Positions 28,851 through 39,037 are shown, counted from the first letter of the stretch. The stretch is DNA of 64,000 nucleotides from an uncultured candidate division Zixibacteria bacterium (GCA_963735035.1 CAVTJJ010000004.1:1312001-1376000), one strand, 5' to 3'. The notes: generated by a model not told the origin, from the sequence alone. Program-made: numbers and translations.

Positions 28851-29483
28851 ATGGATTTGAAAGATTCAAAAACTCAGAAGATCGTGATCGCGGCGCTGGT
28901 GTTCTTCGTAATCGTCTATTTCTGGCACAGCCGGCTGTATTCCAACTACAACAGCCAGATCAATACCCAGCGCCAGGAATTTGAGACCATCACGACCGAT
29001 CTGCGCAATGTCGAGATGAAAGCCAAGTCGCTCGACGCGCTCAAGGTCGAGTATGCCGATCTGATCGATCGCTACCACGAGATCGAAGCGCTGCTTCCGG
29101 AAGTGAAGCAGGTACCGTCGATACTGGTGCAGCTCCACACGGCGTCGTCGATAACGGGCACCCGGATCACCAAAATCCACCCGCTGCCGATCGAGTCGCA
29201 GGAGTTTTACGATATTGCGGCCTTCGAAATCGAAATTACCGGCACCTATCACGATTTTGGCAAGTTCGCCAGCTACGTGGCCAATTTTCCGTTCATCGCC
29301 AACATGATGGATGTGCAACTGAAGGCCATGAAGCATCCCGGCGCGAAAGCGCGGAATGAAGCCGAGGAGCCGGTGGGCGAGGTGGTTGATGTCGGCCGCA
29401 AGGCTGCCAGTATAACCGCCACATTTACGCTTTCGACGTATTACGTCAAAGAGAATGAACGGCTCGCGGAACTGACGCTGTAG
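28851..29483 (+). CDS. pilO: Type IV pilus assembly protein PilO
   Basis: TM, coiled coil, LLPEVKQVP, GTYHDFGKF. Confidence 0.9.
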   Translation: MDLKDSKTQKIVIAALVFFVIVYFWHSRLYSNYNSQINTQRQEFETITTDLRNVEMKAKSLDALKVEYADLIDRYHEIEALLPEVKQVPSILVQLHTASSITGTRITKIHPLPIESQEFYDIAAFEIEITGTYHDFGKFASYVANFPFIANMMDVQLKAMKHPGAKARNEAEEPVGEVVDVGRKAASITATFTLSTYYVKENERLAELTL

Positions 29484-29497
29484 GAAACGGAGATGTC

Positions 29498-31219
29498 ATG
29501 AAGAGAATCGCTGTCATAGCAATCATCGGATGGCTCCTGCTCGCGGGCTTTACCTGGGCGTCCGAGGTGACCAATGTGGCCCTCAACTACCAGGACGGTA
29601 GCACGGTTGCGCGAATCGATATCAAGGGGCCGGTCCGCTTTGTTCATCAAACCGAGGTGCCCAAAGACGGCCGCCCGGATCGGGTGATTGTCGACGTCTT
29701 GTCGGCCACGCACGCCCTCGGTGCGAAAGCATTCCTCAATCTGCCGGCCTGTGTCGTCACCGGAATCCGCAGCAGCCAGTACGCCGTCAGCCCTGAGAAG
29801 ATCGTCCGCATCGTGTTCGATCTCGGCACGACGCCGTTATACCAGATCGATTCTGACGACCACAGCATAACCTTGAAGTTCAGCCACAAAGAGCCGAGCA
29901 GCTTCACCTCGTGGTCTTCCAATAGCGGTTCGGCCGGCGCCTCCCCCGCGACGGCTGATTTGCCGGTCATCGAAAAGCCGGCTGCGCTTTCTATTACACC
30001 TGCGACCGTTGCCGCCCGAAATGAAATCATCGAGAAAGACCGCGTAGAAAGTCTGTCCACCGCCGCGAGCCAAAAGCCGCGCGTCGAGACGCCGGCGTCA
30101 AAGGCCGATGAGGCGACTCCTCTTGAGGCTCCCATTGCAAAGAATCTTAGCGGCCTGGCTTTCTCTGAAGACTGGGGTTCGCCACAGGTTTGGAAACCGA
30201 AGGACTTTACTGCGTTTCCGTCGGCCATTCCCCAGGTAGAACCTCAAGCCGTAGCTCCGGCTCCGGCGCCGGTTCCGACGAGCGTCGTAGTAGCAGAATC
30301 AGAGCCGGTTGAACCGGATGTGACCGCTCCGACACCTGAAGAACAGAAGATTGTGGAGCAGCCAGAAGTTGTTCCTGAGGCCGAGCAGCACCAGGAAACC
30401 CTGGCAGTGGCGCAGCCTGAAGCTGTCTCTGCAGAACAGCCGGGTAATGAAGAACCGGACTTCCCGCCGATGGAGACGTTTGATTTCCCGGTACAGGATT
30501 TTCCGGCCACCAGCCCGATGACGGCTTCTGTCGACGACGAGCCGGTCGCTACCGCGACTCCGCAGCCTCAAGTTACTCAACCCGCTCCGACCAACGACAG
30601 CGCCGAGCCTACGCCGGAAGCTGTGTCGGTGAAGCCCGTTGAGACGCCTGTTCAGAATGATACGAATGAAGCTGGGCCGACTGCGGCTACCGGTGAAGAG
30701 AAAGCGAATATTCTCGACGAGGCTGATTTCAAACCGGCCGTCGAGTTGCCGGCTACGGTCAAGCCTGAAGACTTGAATAAGATAGCTGCGGTTGATGATT
30801 CAACGTTCAAGAGTGACGAGAACGCGCAGCGTACTACGTCCCGATTCCGTCGCGACGTGCAGTCTGACAAGATCCGCGGTACCATGGTCGCCGAATTCCC
30901 GCAGCGCCTGGTGATCCAGTATCAGGCCCAGGATCAGCGGGATCCGTTTGATCCGTTAATTGACGATAGCAAGAATTTCAACAGCCCGGTCGAAAACCGC
31001 ATTCCTAACGTCGAAGGCTTGAAGCTGGTTGGTATTCTCGAATCAGAATCAGGCAACAACCGAGCCCTGTTCGAAGACAAGGGCGGTTTCAGCTACATCC
31101 TGCAGAGCGGTGACAAGGTTCGTAATGGTTATGTCCTCCGGGTGGAACTCGATCAGGTCTATTTCCAAATATTCGAGTACGGTTGGTCGCGTACCGTCGC
31201 ACTTACGATGGAATACTAA
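29498..31219 (+). CDS. AMIN domain + long Pro/Glu-rich linker + PilP-like C-terminal domain
   Basis: PDRVIVDV..IRSSQY..VRIVFDL (AMIN); QRDPFDPL..LKLVGIL..ALFED..GDKV (PilP-like); lies between pilO and pilQ. Confidence 0.75.
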   Translation: MKRIAVIAIIGWLLLAGFTWASEVTNVALNYQDGSTVARIDIKGPVRFVHQTEVPKDGRPDRVIVDVLSATHALGAKAFLNLPACVVTGIRSSQYAVSPEKIVRIVFDLGTTPLYQIDSDDHSITLKFSHKEPSSFTSWSSNSGSAGASPATADLPVIEKPAALSITPATVAARNEIIEKDRVESLSTAASQKPRVETPASKADEATPLEAPIAKNLSGLAFSEDWGSPQVWKPKDFTAFPSAIPQVEPQAVAPAPAPVPTSVVVAESEPVEPDVTAPTPEEQKIVEQPEVVPEAEQHQETLAVAQPEAVSAEQPGNEEPDFPPMETFDFPVQDFPATSPMTASVDDEPVATATPQPQVTQPAPTNDSAEPTPEAVSVKPVETPVQNDTNEAGPTAATGEEKANILDEADFKPAVELPATVKPEDLNKIAAVDDSTFKSDENAQRTTSRFRRDVQSDKIRGTMVAEFPQRLVIQYQAQDQRDPFDPLIDDSKNFNSPVENRIPNVEGLKLVGILESESGNNRALFEDKGGFSYILQSGDKVRNGYVLRVELDQVYFQIFEYGWSRTVALTMEY

Positions 31220-31237
31220 TGAAAGGCTGGTAGGAAT

Positions 31238-32539
31238 ATGTGGTGGAGAGACCAATTTGCTTCGTGGAAACAAGCCGGCGTCATCCTGTCGGTTTTGTTG
31301 ATGCTGTCGCCGGTGATGGCGCAGAATCAGCCGAAAGATCCTTCGGTGCCGATCAAAAACGTCGAGTTCCAGGGCAGTGACATCCGTGCCGCCCTGACTT
31401 TCCTCGCCGACTATGGCAACGTCAACGTTGTGATTGCACCGGATGTAACGGGTACCGTTACGATCCGACTTCGCGACGTCAACTGGCGCGACGCCATGGA
31501 CATCATCGGCCGGACCTACGACCTGTCGATCGTCGATGACCAGGCGGGATATGTCCGCGTGCTAAAGTCGGCGACCTATCGTGAGGAACTGACCAAGAAG
31601 GCCGAACACGACGCCACCCAGCAGAAACTCGTGCCGCTGGAGACCAAGATCATCAAGATCAACAATTCCGTGGCGCAGGACATGCTCGAAACGGTGAAGA
31701 ACCTGCTTACGGAACGCGGTAGAGTGGTGGCCGATCTCCGTTCCAACTCTCTGGTGCTCCAGGAAGTGCCGGACAATATCCCGGCCGTGTTGGACTACAT
31801 TACGCGGCTGGATTCGCCGTCCAAGCAGATCAAGATTTCCGCCCAGCTTCTGGAGATCTCCTCCGACGGGTTGCAGGAGCTAGGTATTAACTGGATGGTC
31901 AACAGCAATTTCTCCTCTACCGGCGGCAATACCAACGGCGATCAGACGGGCCAGGTCATGGCCGATATCGGCTCCACCGACCCGATTGGTCGCTATACCG
32001 TTAAGGTGGCCGGTAGTGACTGGAATCTCAATGCGTTCGTAGAAGCCGTCGTAAAGAGCGGCAAGGGCAAGATTATCGCCCATCCGGAGATTACCACGGT
32101 CGAAAACAAAGAAGCCCGAATTCAGATGGGCTCGAAGGTGCCGGTCAAGCAGTTCGATGAATCAGGTAACGTCGTGATCAAGTTCGAGCAGGTCGGCACG
32201 ATTCTCACGGTTACTCCCCATATCACGGCCGAGAACCAGGTGCTGATGCACCTCAAACCGGAACGTTCGACTTTCGAATATGACGCCGCCGGCGTGATTA
32301 TCAATACCAATAACGCCGAAACCAACGTCATCGTGGCCAACGGCCAGACGGCTGTTATTGGCGGCCTGACTACTCAGGACGAATCCGACACCGAATACGG
32401 CGTGCCGGTTCTCAAGGATATTCCGCTCCTGGGCCAGCTGTTCAAGTTTTCCACCAAGAACTGGGAGAGCAAGGACCTGGTGATTTTTGTGACTCCGACC
32501 GTAGCCGAAGGTGACCTGGCGTCGAACCAGAACCCGTAA
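31238..32539 (+). CDS. pilQ: Secretin PilQ, short form without AMIN domains
   Basis: N0 FQGSDIR..VTIRLRDVNW, N domain DLRSNSLV, secretin GQTAVIGGL, GVPVLKDIPLLGQLF. Confidence 0.9.
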   Translation: MWWRDQFASWKQAGVILSVLLMLSPVMAQNQPKDPSVPIKNVEFQGSDIRAALTFLADYGNVNVVIAPDVTGTVTIRLRDVNWRDAMDIIGRTYDLSIVDDQAGYVRVLKSATYREELTKKAEHDATQQKLVPLETKIIKINNSVAQDMLETVKNLLTERGRVVADLRSNSLVLQEVPDNIPAVLDYITRLDSPSKQIKISAQLLEISSDGLQELGINWMVNSNFSSTGGNTNGDQTGQVMADIGSTDPIGRYTVKVAGSDWNLNAFVEAVVKSGKGKIIAHPEITTVENKEARIQMGSKVPVKQFDESGNVVIKFEQVGTILTVTPHITAENQVLMHLKPERSTFEYDAAGVIINTNNAETNVIVANGQTAVIGGLTTQDESDTEYGVPVLKDIPLLGQLFKFSTKNWESKDLVIFVTPTVAEGDLASNQNP

Positions 32540-32565
32540 TAGCCACGGCTGCAATAGGCAAATTG

Positions 32566-32600
32566 AGAGCCTCCACCATGTCATGGTGGAGGCTCTTTGT
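32566..32600 (+). terminator. Terminator of the pilMNOPQ operon
   Basis: 15-bp inverted repeat AGAGCCTCCACCATG-T-CATGGTGGAGGCTCT then TTGT. Confidence 0.75.
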
Positions 32601-32603
32601 CTC

Positions 32604-32632
32604 TAAACCCGCAGAGGAATTCTGCCGATTAA
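32604..32632 (+). promoter_or_regulatory. Putative sigma28-type promoter
   Basis: TAAA-N16-GCCGATTAA, same spacing as the pilT and pilM sites. Confidence 0.5.
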
Positions 32633-32704
32633 TACAGAGTGTCTATGGATGGAGCCAATATTAAGCAGGAAATCTATTAATCGTTGTCAGGAGATAAAAG
32701 GACC

Positions 32705-34807
32705 ATGCGCAAGGAAATCCGGATTACATGGCTGATGGTTGTGCTTGCCGCTGCAGCGCTGTTTGTTTTCGGTTGCAGTTCCAAGAACACCGTCGATACC
32801 AACCCTACGCCGACAGGCGCCTCGATTGACGTGGCTGCATCACCGACCTCGGTGGCGACCAGCGAGACTTCCGTGGTTGAAGCTACCCTGACGGTCGGCA
32901 GCGAAGCCGTAGTCGGGCAGCAAGTGCGCTTCACCGTAAGCCCGGCAGGGGCCGGCACCGTCACCCCGGAGTACGACACGACCGGATCTGATGGCGTAGC
33001 GGCTACCGTCTTCACGGCCGTCCAGGCCGGGGCGGTGGTTGTTCTGGCACAGGTTACCGGCAGTGACGTTTCGTCCAGTGTTGGACTTTCAGTTTCTGAA
33101 GGCCAGACCGGTGGCAGTGGTAACGTCAACGTGAGTGTGTCCCGCAACCTGCTCGTAGCGGATGGCAAAGATTCTTCGGTAGTCACGGTTGTCGTGCGCG
33201 ACGCGCTCGGCCAGGTAGCCCCCGCCGGTACCCTCGTGAAACTGGTGGCCGGGGAAAAATTCGTGGATAAAGACGCCAACGGCTACTGGTCGCAGAATAT
33301 TGACTCGCTGGTATTCGACGCCAACGGCAACGGTTTTTGGGACGGCATCGGCATGATCCCTTCGACCGTTACCGTGGCTGGTGCGGCCGGCGAAGCTACG
33401 GTGGATTTCGTCTCGGGCGATGCTGCGGGCACGGTCTACATCAAAGCTACGATTGACGACGGCGGCATTACCGGTTTCGGCGAGGTATCAATTCAGATTT
33501 CGCCTAACGCCGTAATGCATTCGATATTCCTCGCGTCCGATTCCATGACGCTTGCGGTCGAGGCAACCGGCGGCATGGAGACCGGGACGCTGCGCGCGAT
33601 TGGTTATGATACGCACGGCAATCCGGTGCCGCAGGGCATGCCGATTGTGTTTGTGATTCTGGACGGACCCGGCGGCGGCGAACATCTCGACACGCTGGGC
33701 GACGGTCCCGATACCGCGTACACGAACGGTCAGGGCGAAGCCACCACGACCATTTCCGCCGGCACGATTTCTGGAACGATCAGAATTAGGGCCTATTCCG
33801 GAATCGTTCTTTCAACGGCTACCCAGGTACTAATCTGTGCCGGTCCGCCCGAACACATAGTGGTAGGCGCAGAAGAGTGTAACGTTCCGTGGTTGGATAG
33901 AGTGGGAGACTCCGTGGCGATTGTCGCCATGGTAGCGGACGTCTATCTCAATCCCGTGAATGATTCAACTGTAGTCTATTTCAGATGTGACGAAGGAACC
34001 ATGAAGGCCGCTTGGAAGAGATTGATGACTGACAATGGCAAAGCCGTCACATATTGGTACTGCGGCAACAATGTCCCCACGGCCGACGGTATCGTCTGGA
34101 TATATGCAGAAACGGCCGGCGGCACGGTTCTGGATTCAAACTTCTTCTACAACAGTTGGGTACCGGCGACGCTTAATATCACGGGCTGGGCCACTTCCAT
34201 ATTGGCCGACGGTGAGTCTAATTTCTCAGGTTGGATTGATGCCAGAGACATAAATGGTAATTACGTCTACAGTGGGACTCAATACTCCGCAGAATCGAAT
34301 TACCTCACGGTGTATGGTGGTGCCTTTGAGAATGGTTGCTACTCCTCAATAGACCACTTTAATGTAATGTCAACTACGCTAAAGGTCGATGCTTCACTTA
34401 CCGGCGCCAATGATAATGGCATAGGTGCCGTAGACACCGTGACATATTGGTGTGGAAGTGGTGCGTCCGTGATACGCGTATGCTCCTTGTTGACGGGCAA
34501 CTCCTACAGTGGCTCTTCCACAATCAACGGTTCTTCAAGTGTTATACCAGGCGAAACAGTAAGCTTGTCGGCCAAGATTGGAGATCGGTGGGGTAACCCG
34601 CTGGGTGATCACACCCTCAACATGACCGCTTCCGGCGGAGTTGTTACGGGTGGGACCCAGGAAACCGACGGGTACGGTGAAGCCAATGGCTTCATTTGGA
34701 CTGCACCGGTGACAGAAGGTGATTACAACATCAGGGTTACCGACACGGATCCACGTGGGGGTGGCATGGGGCTGACGCTGAAGATCACCGTCAAAGCTGC
34801 CGCATAA
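32705..34807 (+). CDS. Large lipoprotein with tandem Ig-like (invasin/Big_1-like) domains
   Basis: Lipobox VFGC; repeats such as ADGKDSSVVTVVVRD, DTHGNPVP, TNGQGEA, DRWGNPL, TDGYGEA. Confidence 0.8.
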   Translation: MRKEIRITWLMVVLAAAALFVFGCSSKNTVDTNPTPTGASIDVAASPTSVATSETSVVEATLTVGSEAVVGQQVRFTVSPAGAGTVTPEYDTTGSDGVAATVFTAVQAGAVVVLAQVTGSDVSSSVGLSVSEGQTGGSGNVNVSVSRNLLVADGKDSSVVTVVVRDALGQVAPAGTLVKLVAGEKFVDKDANGYWSQNIDSLVFDANGNGFWDGIGMIPSTVTVAGAAGEATVDFVSGDAAGTVYIKATIDDGGITGFGEVSIQISPNAVMHSIFLASDSMTLAVEATGGMETGTLRAIGYDTHGNPVPQGMPIVFVILDGPGGGEHLDTLGDGPDTAYTNGQGEATTTISAGTISGTIRIRAYSGIVLSTATQVLICAGPPEHIVVGAEECNVPWLDRVGDSVAIVAMVADVYLNPVNDSTVVYFRCDEGTMKAAWKRLMTDNGKAVTYWYCGNNVPTADGIVWIYAETAGGTVLDSNFFYNSWVPATLNITGWATSILADGESNFSGWIDARDINGNYVYSGTQYSAESNYLTVYGGAFENGCYSSIDHFNVMSTTLKVDASLTGANDNGIGAVDTVTYWCGSGASVIRVCSLLTGNSYSGSSTINGSSSVIPGETVSLSAKIGDRWGNPLGDHTLNMTASGGVVTGGTQETDGYGEANGFIWTAPVTEGDYNIRVTDTDPRGGGMGLTLKITVKAAA

Positions 34808-34839
34808 GACTTCGTCTCCTAGAGACGCGTTCATTAGGG

Positions 34840-34879
34840 ACGCCGGAGGGTCGCCAGACCCCTCCGGCGTTCTTTTTTT
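34840..34879 (+). terminator. Rho-independent terminator
   Basis: ACGCCGGAGGG...CCCTCCGGCGT followed by TCTTTTTTT. Confidence 0.85.
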
Positions 34880-34917
34880 GCGCTATCGAACCTCCGCGAA
34901 TAACGTTATTATAGGCT

Positions 34918-36588
34918 ATGATACCCGCTGGAACCGAAACCGGCGCCGCGCCGGAATCAGTCTACGAGGCCTTTGCTCGAGCCGCCTCCAGATTCCCCGA
35001 TAAGCCCGCCTTACGGGGCAGTGGCGACAAAGGACTCACCCTCACCTACGCCCAGGCGCTCGACCAGATACAGCGTCTGGCGGCCGGGCTTCAAGCTCCC
35101 GCCTTTTCGGAAGTGAGCGAGATCGGCCTCCTCAGTGAGAACCGTCCGGAATGGGTACTGGTTTATCTGGCCGTGCTAGCTTCGGGCAAGATTGTCGTTC
35201 CGCTCGACGCCACTCTTAAACCCAATGAAGTAGAAGCTCTCATTCAACACGCCGGCCTAAAGATGATGTTTGTGTCCGGCCGGTGGGAGAAGATAGTAGC
35301 GGAGTCTGTTCCCGGCGTCAGATTACTGTCTTTGGAGTCTGGTTCACCCAACCATTGGCAAAGCATGGCCGACAGCCCGGTTGACTTCACTCCGGTCGGG
35401 TCAAGGGACGCCACGGCTGTCCTGATCTATACTTCCGGGACAACCGGCTCCCCGAAGGCCGTCGTCCTGACCCACGGCAACCTCCTGGCCAATGTCGAGG
35501 CGATTGTCGAGGCGATTCTGATCGACGAGAGCGACGCCTTTCTTTCGGTGCTACCCCTGCACCATACTTTTGAGGCGACCTGCGGCTGTCTTAGTCCGCT
35601 GACGCAGGGCGGGTCGATGGTATTTGCTTCGTCGCTCAAATCCAAAGAACTCCTCGAAGTGATCTCCGCGAACGGCGTCACCAAGATGTGCGGTGTGCCG
35701 CTGCTCTATGAGAAGATGTATCAGGCCATCCACCGAAGACTTGAGACCACTTCATTTCCGCAGAAGATATTGATCAAATTTCTATTTGCCTTGTCAGGCA
35801 TGGGCTGGCGATTTGGATGGCGATGGGGGAAGGGGTTGTTTAGAAGTCTCCGGAACCGGGCCGGGATGGGTAGCCTGAAGATATTTGTTTCGGGGGCAGC
35901 CGCGTTACCGCCGTACATCCATAAGTATTTCGTGCTTCTGGGTTTCGATTTCATTCAGGGGTACGGGATGACAGAGGCCTCACCGGTCATTTCTGTGCAG
36001 CGACCGAACGATATCCGTTTCGGTTCGGTTGGACCGCCCCTCAGCGGGGTAGAGGTCAGGATTGACGCCGCCGATAACTTCGGTGTCGGGGAAATAGTCG
36101 TGCGAGGTCCCAACTGTACGCCCGGCTATCGCGACAACCCTGAAATGACCGCCGAGTTATGGCGTGACGGTTGGCTGCACACAGGTGACCTCGGCCGAAT
36201 TGAGCACGGCCATCTCTTGATCACCGGGCGGGCCAAGAACCTGATCATATCGGCGGGAGGGAAGAATATCTATCCCGAGGAGATCGAGGAGAAGCTCATA
36301 GCTTCTGACCATATCCTCGAAGCGGTTGTTATCGGGCGGCCGAAACAGGGGCGGCAAGGTGAAGAAGTGTGGGCTCTTATTGTGCCCAACCTGGATCACA
36401 TCGTCGCCGAACTCGGACTGGATCAGTCGCACCCCGACGAGAACATGGTTCGGGAAGTCATAGATCGGGTTGTGACCGCTATCAATTCTCAGATGGCCGA
36501 ATACAAACGAATTGTCGGATTCGATATGCAGTTCCAGGAGCTGGAGAAAACCTCTACCAGGAAAGTCAAACGGTACGTATACCGTTGA
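34918..36588 (+). CDS. Long-chain fatty acid-CoA ligase (AMP-binding)
   Basis: YTSGTTGSPK, QGYGMTE, LHTGDLG, GKNIYPEEIE. Confidence 0.9.
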   Translation: MIPAGTETGAAPESVYEAFARAASRFPDKPALRGSGDKGLTLTYAQALDQIQRLAAGLQAPAFSEVSEIGLLSENRPEWVLVYLAVLASGKIVVPLDATLKPNEVEALIQHAGLKMMFVSGRWEKIVAESVPGVRLLSLESGSPNHWQSMADSPVDFTPVGSRDATAVLIYTSGTTGSPKAVVLTHGNLLANVEAIVEAILIDESDAFLSVLPLHHTFEATCGCLSPLTQGGSMVFASSLKSKELLEVISANGVTKMCGVPLLYEKMYQAIHRRLETTSFPQKILIKFLFALSGMGWRFGWRWGKGLFRSLRNRAGMGSLKIFVSGAAALPPYIHKYFVLLGFDFIQGYGMTEASPVISVQRPNDIRFGSVGPPLSGVEVRIDAADNFGVGEIVVRGPNCTPGYRDNPEMTAELWRDGWLHTGDLGRIEHGHLLITGRAKNLIISAGGKNIYPEEIEEKLIASDHILEAVVIGRPKQGRQGEEVWALIVPNLDHIVAELGLDQSHPDENMVREVIDRVVTAINSQMAEYKRIVGFDMQFQELEKTSTRKVKRYVYR

Positions 36589-36610
36589 ACCCTAAAGGAG
36601 GCGAAACGCT

Positions 36611-37030
36611 ATGGTGGAAACGCACGTCGTCAAGTTCAAGACCAAGGGTGTCGGGGCGATTGTCGACCTGACGCTCGAGATGAAAGAGGCGGTGGCGAAT
36701 TCGGCGGCCGTCTCCGGGACAATTACGGCCTTCGTGCCCGGTTCTACCGGTGGCATTACGAGCATGGAGTACGAGCCGGGGCTGCTGAAAGACGTACCTG
36801 CCATGATGGAGCGATTGATTCCATCGCAACCGGACTACGAGCACGACAAGACCTGGCACGACGGCAACGGCTACGCGCACCTTCGAAGTACGCTGATCGG
36901 GCCTGACATTACCGTTCCGTTCACTCAGAAGAGCCTGTACCTGGGCACCTGGCAGCAGGTTGTCTTTTTGGAGTTCGATAATCGGGCGCGTGATCGCGAG
37001 GTCATTCTTCAGATAATAGGCGAGGCCTGA
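36611..37030 (+). CDS. yjbQ: YjbQ/UPF0047 family protein
   Basis: DGNGYAHLRS, LGTWQQVVFLEFD. Confidence 0.9.
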   Translation: MVETHVVKFKTKGVGAIVDLTLEMKEAVANSAAVSGTITAFVPGSTGGITSMEYEPGLLKDVPAMMERLIPSQPDYEHDKTWHDGNGYAHLRSTLIGPDITVPFTQKSLYLGTWQQVVFLEFDNRARDREVILQIIGEA

Positions 37031-38034
37031 TGCAGGTTAGGGCGGTTGAACGAGTCGGTGACCGACTTCGCATAATTGACCAAACCAGGCTTCCCGGTGA
37101 ACTGGTCTATCGCGACCTTGATGACTATCGCGAAATCATCGGGGCAATCCAGCGCTTGGAAGTCCGTGGTGCCCCCGCGATTGGGATTGCCGCCGCTTAC
37201 GCTGTGGCAGTAGGCGCCGCCCAGACTGATCAGTTGGATTTTGACAAGCTATCATTAGTCGCGGCGGAAATCCGGGCGGCCCGGCCCACCGCGGTTAACC
37301 TGGCCTGGGCGGTTGACCGTGCTATGGCTTGTTTCAGCACCGAGCGACCGCATGATCGCGAGTCGATGTTAAGACTGCTCTGGAGTGAGGCGGAGGCGAT
37401 CCACGAAGAAGACCGTATCATGTGCGCCCGGATCGGCGAAAACGGGGCCGCTTTAATCAACGACGGCGATACGGTCCTGACCCACTGCAATGCCGGGGCT
37501 CTCGCCACCGGAGGGATCGGCACCGCTCTTGGGGTCATCTATACCTGTCGCGACCAGGGGAAGAGGCTCCATGTCTATGCTGACGAGACCCGCCCGCTCC
37601 TCCAGGGGGCCCGCCTGACTGCCTGGGAGCTGCTAAGGGAAGGGATCGACACCACTCTCATCTGTGACTCTGCCGCCGCCGTGCTGATGGCTCATGGGAA
37701 GATCAACCATGTTATAGTCGGCGCCGACCGGATCGCTCGAAACAGGGACACCGCCAACAAGATTGGCACCTACGGGCTGGCGGTTCAGGCGAAAGCCCAC
37801 GGCGTGCCGTTCTACGTAGCGGCGCCGGCATCGACTTTCGACGACCGAATCGCCGATGGCCTGAGTATCCCGATTGAAGAGCGCGACGGGAGCGAAATTA
37901 CCGAAGGGTTCGGGCGGCGGACCGCCCCGGTAGGTATCAAGACTTACTCGCCGGCCTTTGACGTCACCCCGGTGGAACTGATTACTTACTTCATTACCGA
38001 TACCGGTCTTCGTCGCGGCGGGCGTTCGATTTGA
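37030..38034 (+). CDS. mtnA: Methylthioribose-1-phosphate isomerase
   Basis: VRGAPAIG, RPTAVNL, THCNAGALAT, ETRPLLQGARLTAWEL, ANKIGTY. Confidence 0.93.
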   Translation: MQVRAVERVGDRLRIIDQTRLPGELVYRDLDDYREIIGAIQRLEVRGAPAIGIAAAYAVAVGAAQTDQLDFDKLSLVAAEIRAARPTAVNLAWAVDRAMACFSTERPHDRESMLRLLWSEAEAIHEEDRIMCARIGENGAALINDGDTVLTHCNAGALATGGIGTALGVIYTCRDQGKRLHVYADETRPLLQGARLTAWELLREGIDTTLICDSAAAVLMAHGKINHVIVGADRIARNRDTANKIGTYGLAVQAKAHGVPFYVAAPASTFDDRIADGLSIPIEERDGSEITEGFGRRTAPVGIKTYSPAFDVTPVELITYFITDTGLRRGGRSI

Positions 38035-38120
38035 GAACAGGCGAGCGCGTTCGCCATTTTACCATTGCTCCGAAGCGTCCGATATCTTACTATATGCTAT
38101 CTGATCTATTGGCAGTTGTA

Positions 38121-38762
38121 ATGAGCAAGAGTATCAAGCGACACCTGAGAGGTCCGTCTTCACTTAGTCTCGATTTGTTCCAATCGGACTCTATGCAGGT
38201 ACCCGCGCCGGCGACCCTGTACACCAAGATCAGCCAGCAGGCCGCCCCAACCAGAGAGACAGCAGCACTATTGGATAAGCAAATTGCCCCCGCCAAACCG
38301 GGGTTGCCCGAATTGGAAGAGCTCGAGCGGATGTTCGACCATTACAACTGGCTCTATTTCCGCGGGCGTCTCCGTAAGCCGAAAATCGAATATTCAACTC
38401 GGATGACAACCGCCGGGGCGTTCTTCCCGAAATTACGCCTGATCCGGATGAGTCGCCGCTACCACGAGATCTTCCCAGAAGAAATCGCCGATACGCTCAA
38501 GCATGAGATGATTCATCTGGTGCACCTGAAACATGACGCGAAATTCCAGGCCGAGGCGGCCCGGATTGGTGCCTCGGTAAAGGCCCAGACTCATCCGCTT
38601 CTGGGACGCCCCCCCAGGTTATTGTATGAGTGCCCCAAATGCGGGACGGATTTTCCCCGTCAGAAGAAGCTGGTTATGGCGTCGTGCGGGTACTGCTCCA
38701 AGGGTGGGCGCTACGACGAGCGGTTCAAGCTGGTATTGAAGCGATCATTCCGGAAGAAGTAG
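38121..38762 (+). CDS. SprT-like metalloprotease with C-terminal zinc ribbon
   Basis: RMTTAG, LKHEMIH, HDAKF, CPKC, CGYC. Confidence 0.85.
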   Translation: MSKSIKRHLRGPSSLSLDLFQSDSMQVPAPATLYTKISQQAAPTRETAALLDKQIAPAKPGLPELEELERMFDHYNWLYFRGRLRKPKIEYSTRMTTAGAFFPKLRLIRMSRRYHEIFPEEIADTLKHEMIHLVHLKHDAKFQAEAARIGASVKAQTHPLLGRPPRLLYECPKCGTDFPRQKKLVMASCGYCSKGGRYDERFKLVLKRSFRKK

Positions 38763-38764
38763 AG

Positions 38765-39037
38765 CTACTCGCCCACTTTTTCCATTTCGGCCGAAATTTC
38801 CGTGAGGCGTTGAATGAGGGGGCCACAGGCGTCCAGGGCGGCCATGTTGCCGTCTTCGGTGAATGACCGGATCAGTCTAAGCAACACAACCATGGGGTTT
38901 CCGGCGCAGGCTACAATATGACCTTCACGGGAGACCGTCAGCCCGGCTTTCTTGGCCTGAGCATGGGCAGTGGCCTCGCCGACTACTTCGGCCTGCTTCG
39001 CCACGACGCCTTCGAACAAGACCAGATAGTTTTCCAC
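38765..39037 (-). CDS. Small hypothetical protein
   Basis: 90 aa, GTG start with GGAGGA upstream, ends 2 nt from the convergent sprT stop. Confidence 0.65.
   Translation of the reverse strand: MENYLVLFEGVVAKQAEVVGEATAHAQAKKAGLTVSREGHIVACAGNPMVVLLRLIRSFTEDGNMAALDACGPLIQRLTEISAEMEKVGE

Noticed and set aside
29930..30850. Tandem DNA repeat in the PilP linker
   Set aside because: Low-complexity protein sequence but no discernible repeated nucleotide unit
26193..32539. Type II secretion system
   Set aside because: PilM/PilN motifs and a PilT in the window indicate a type IVa pilus
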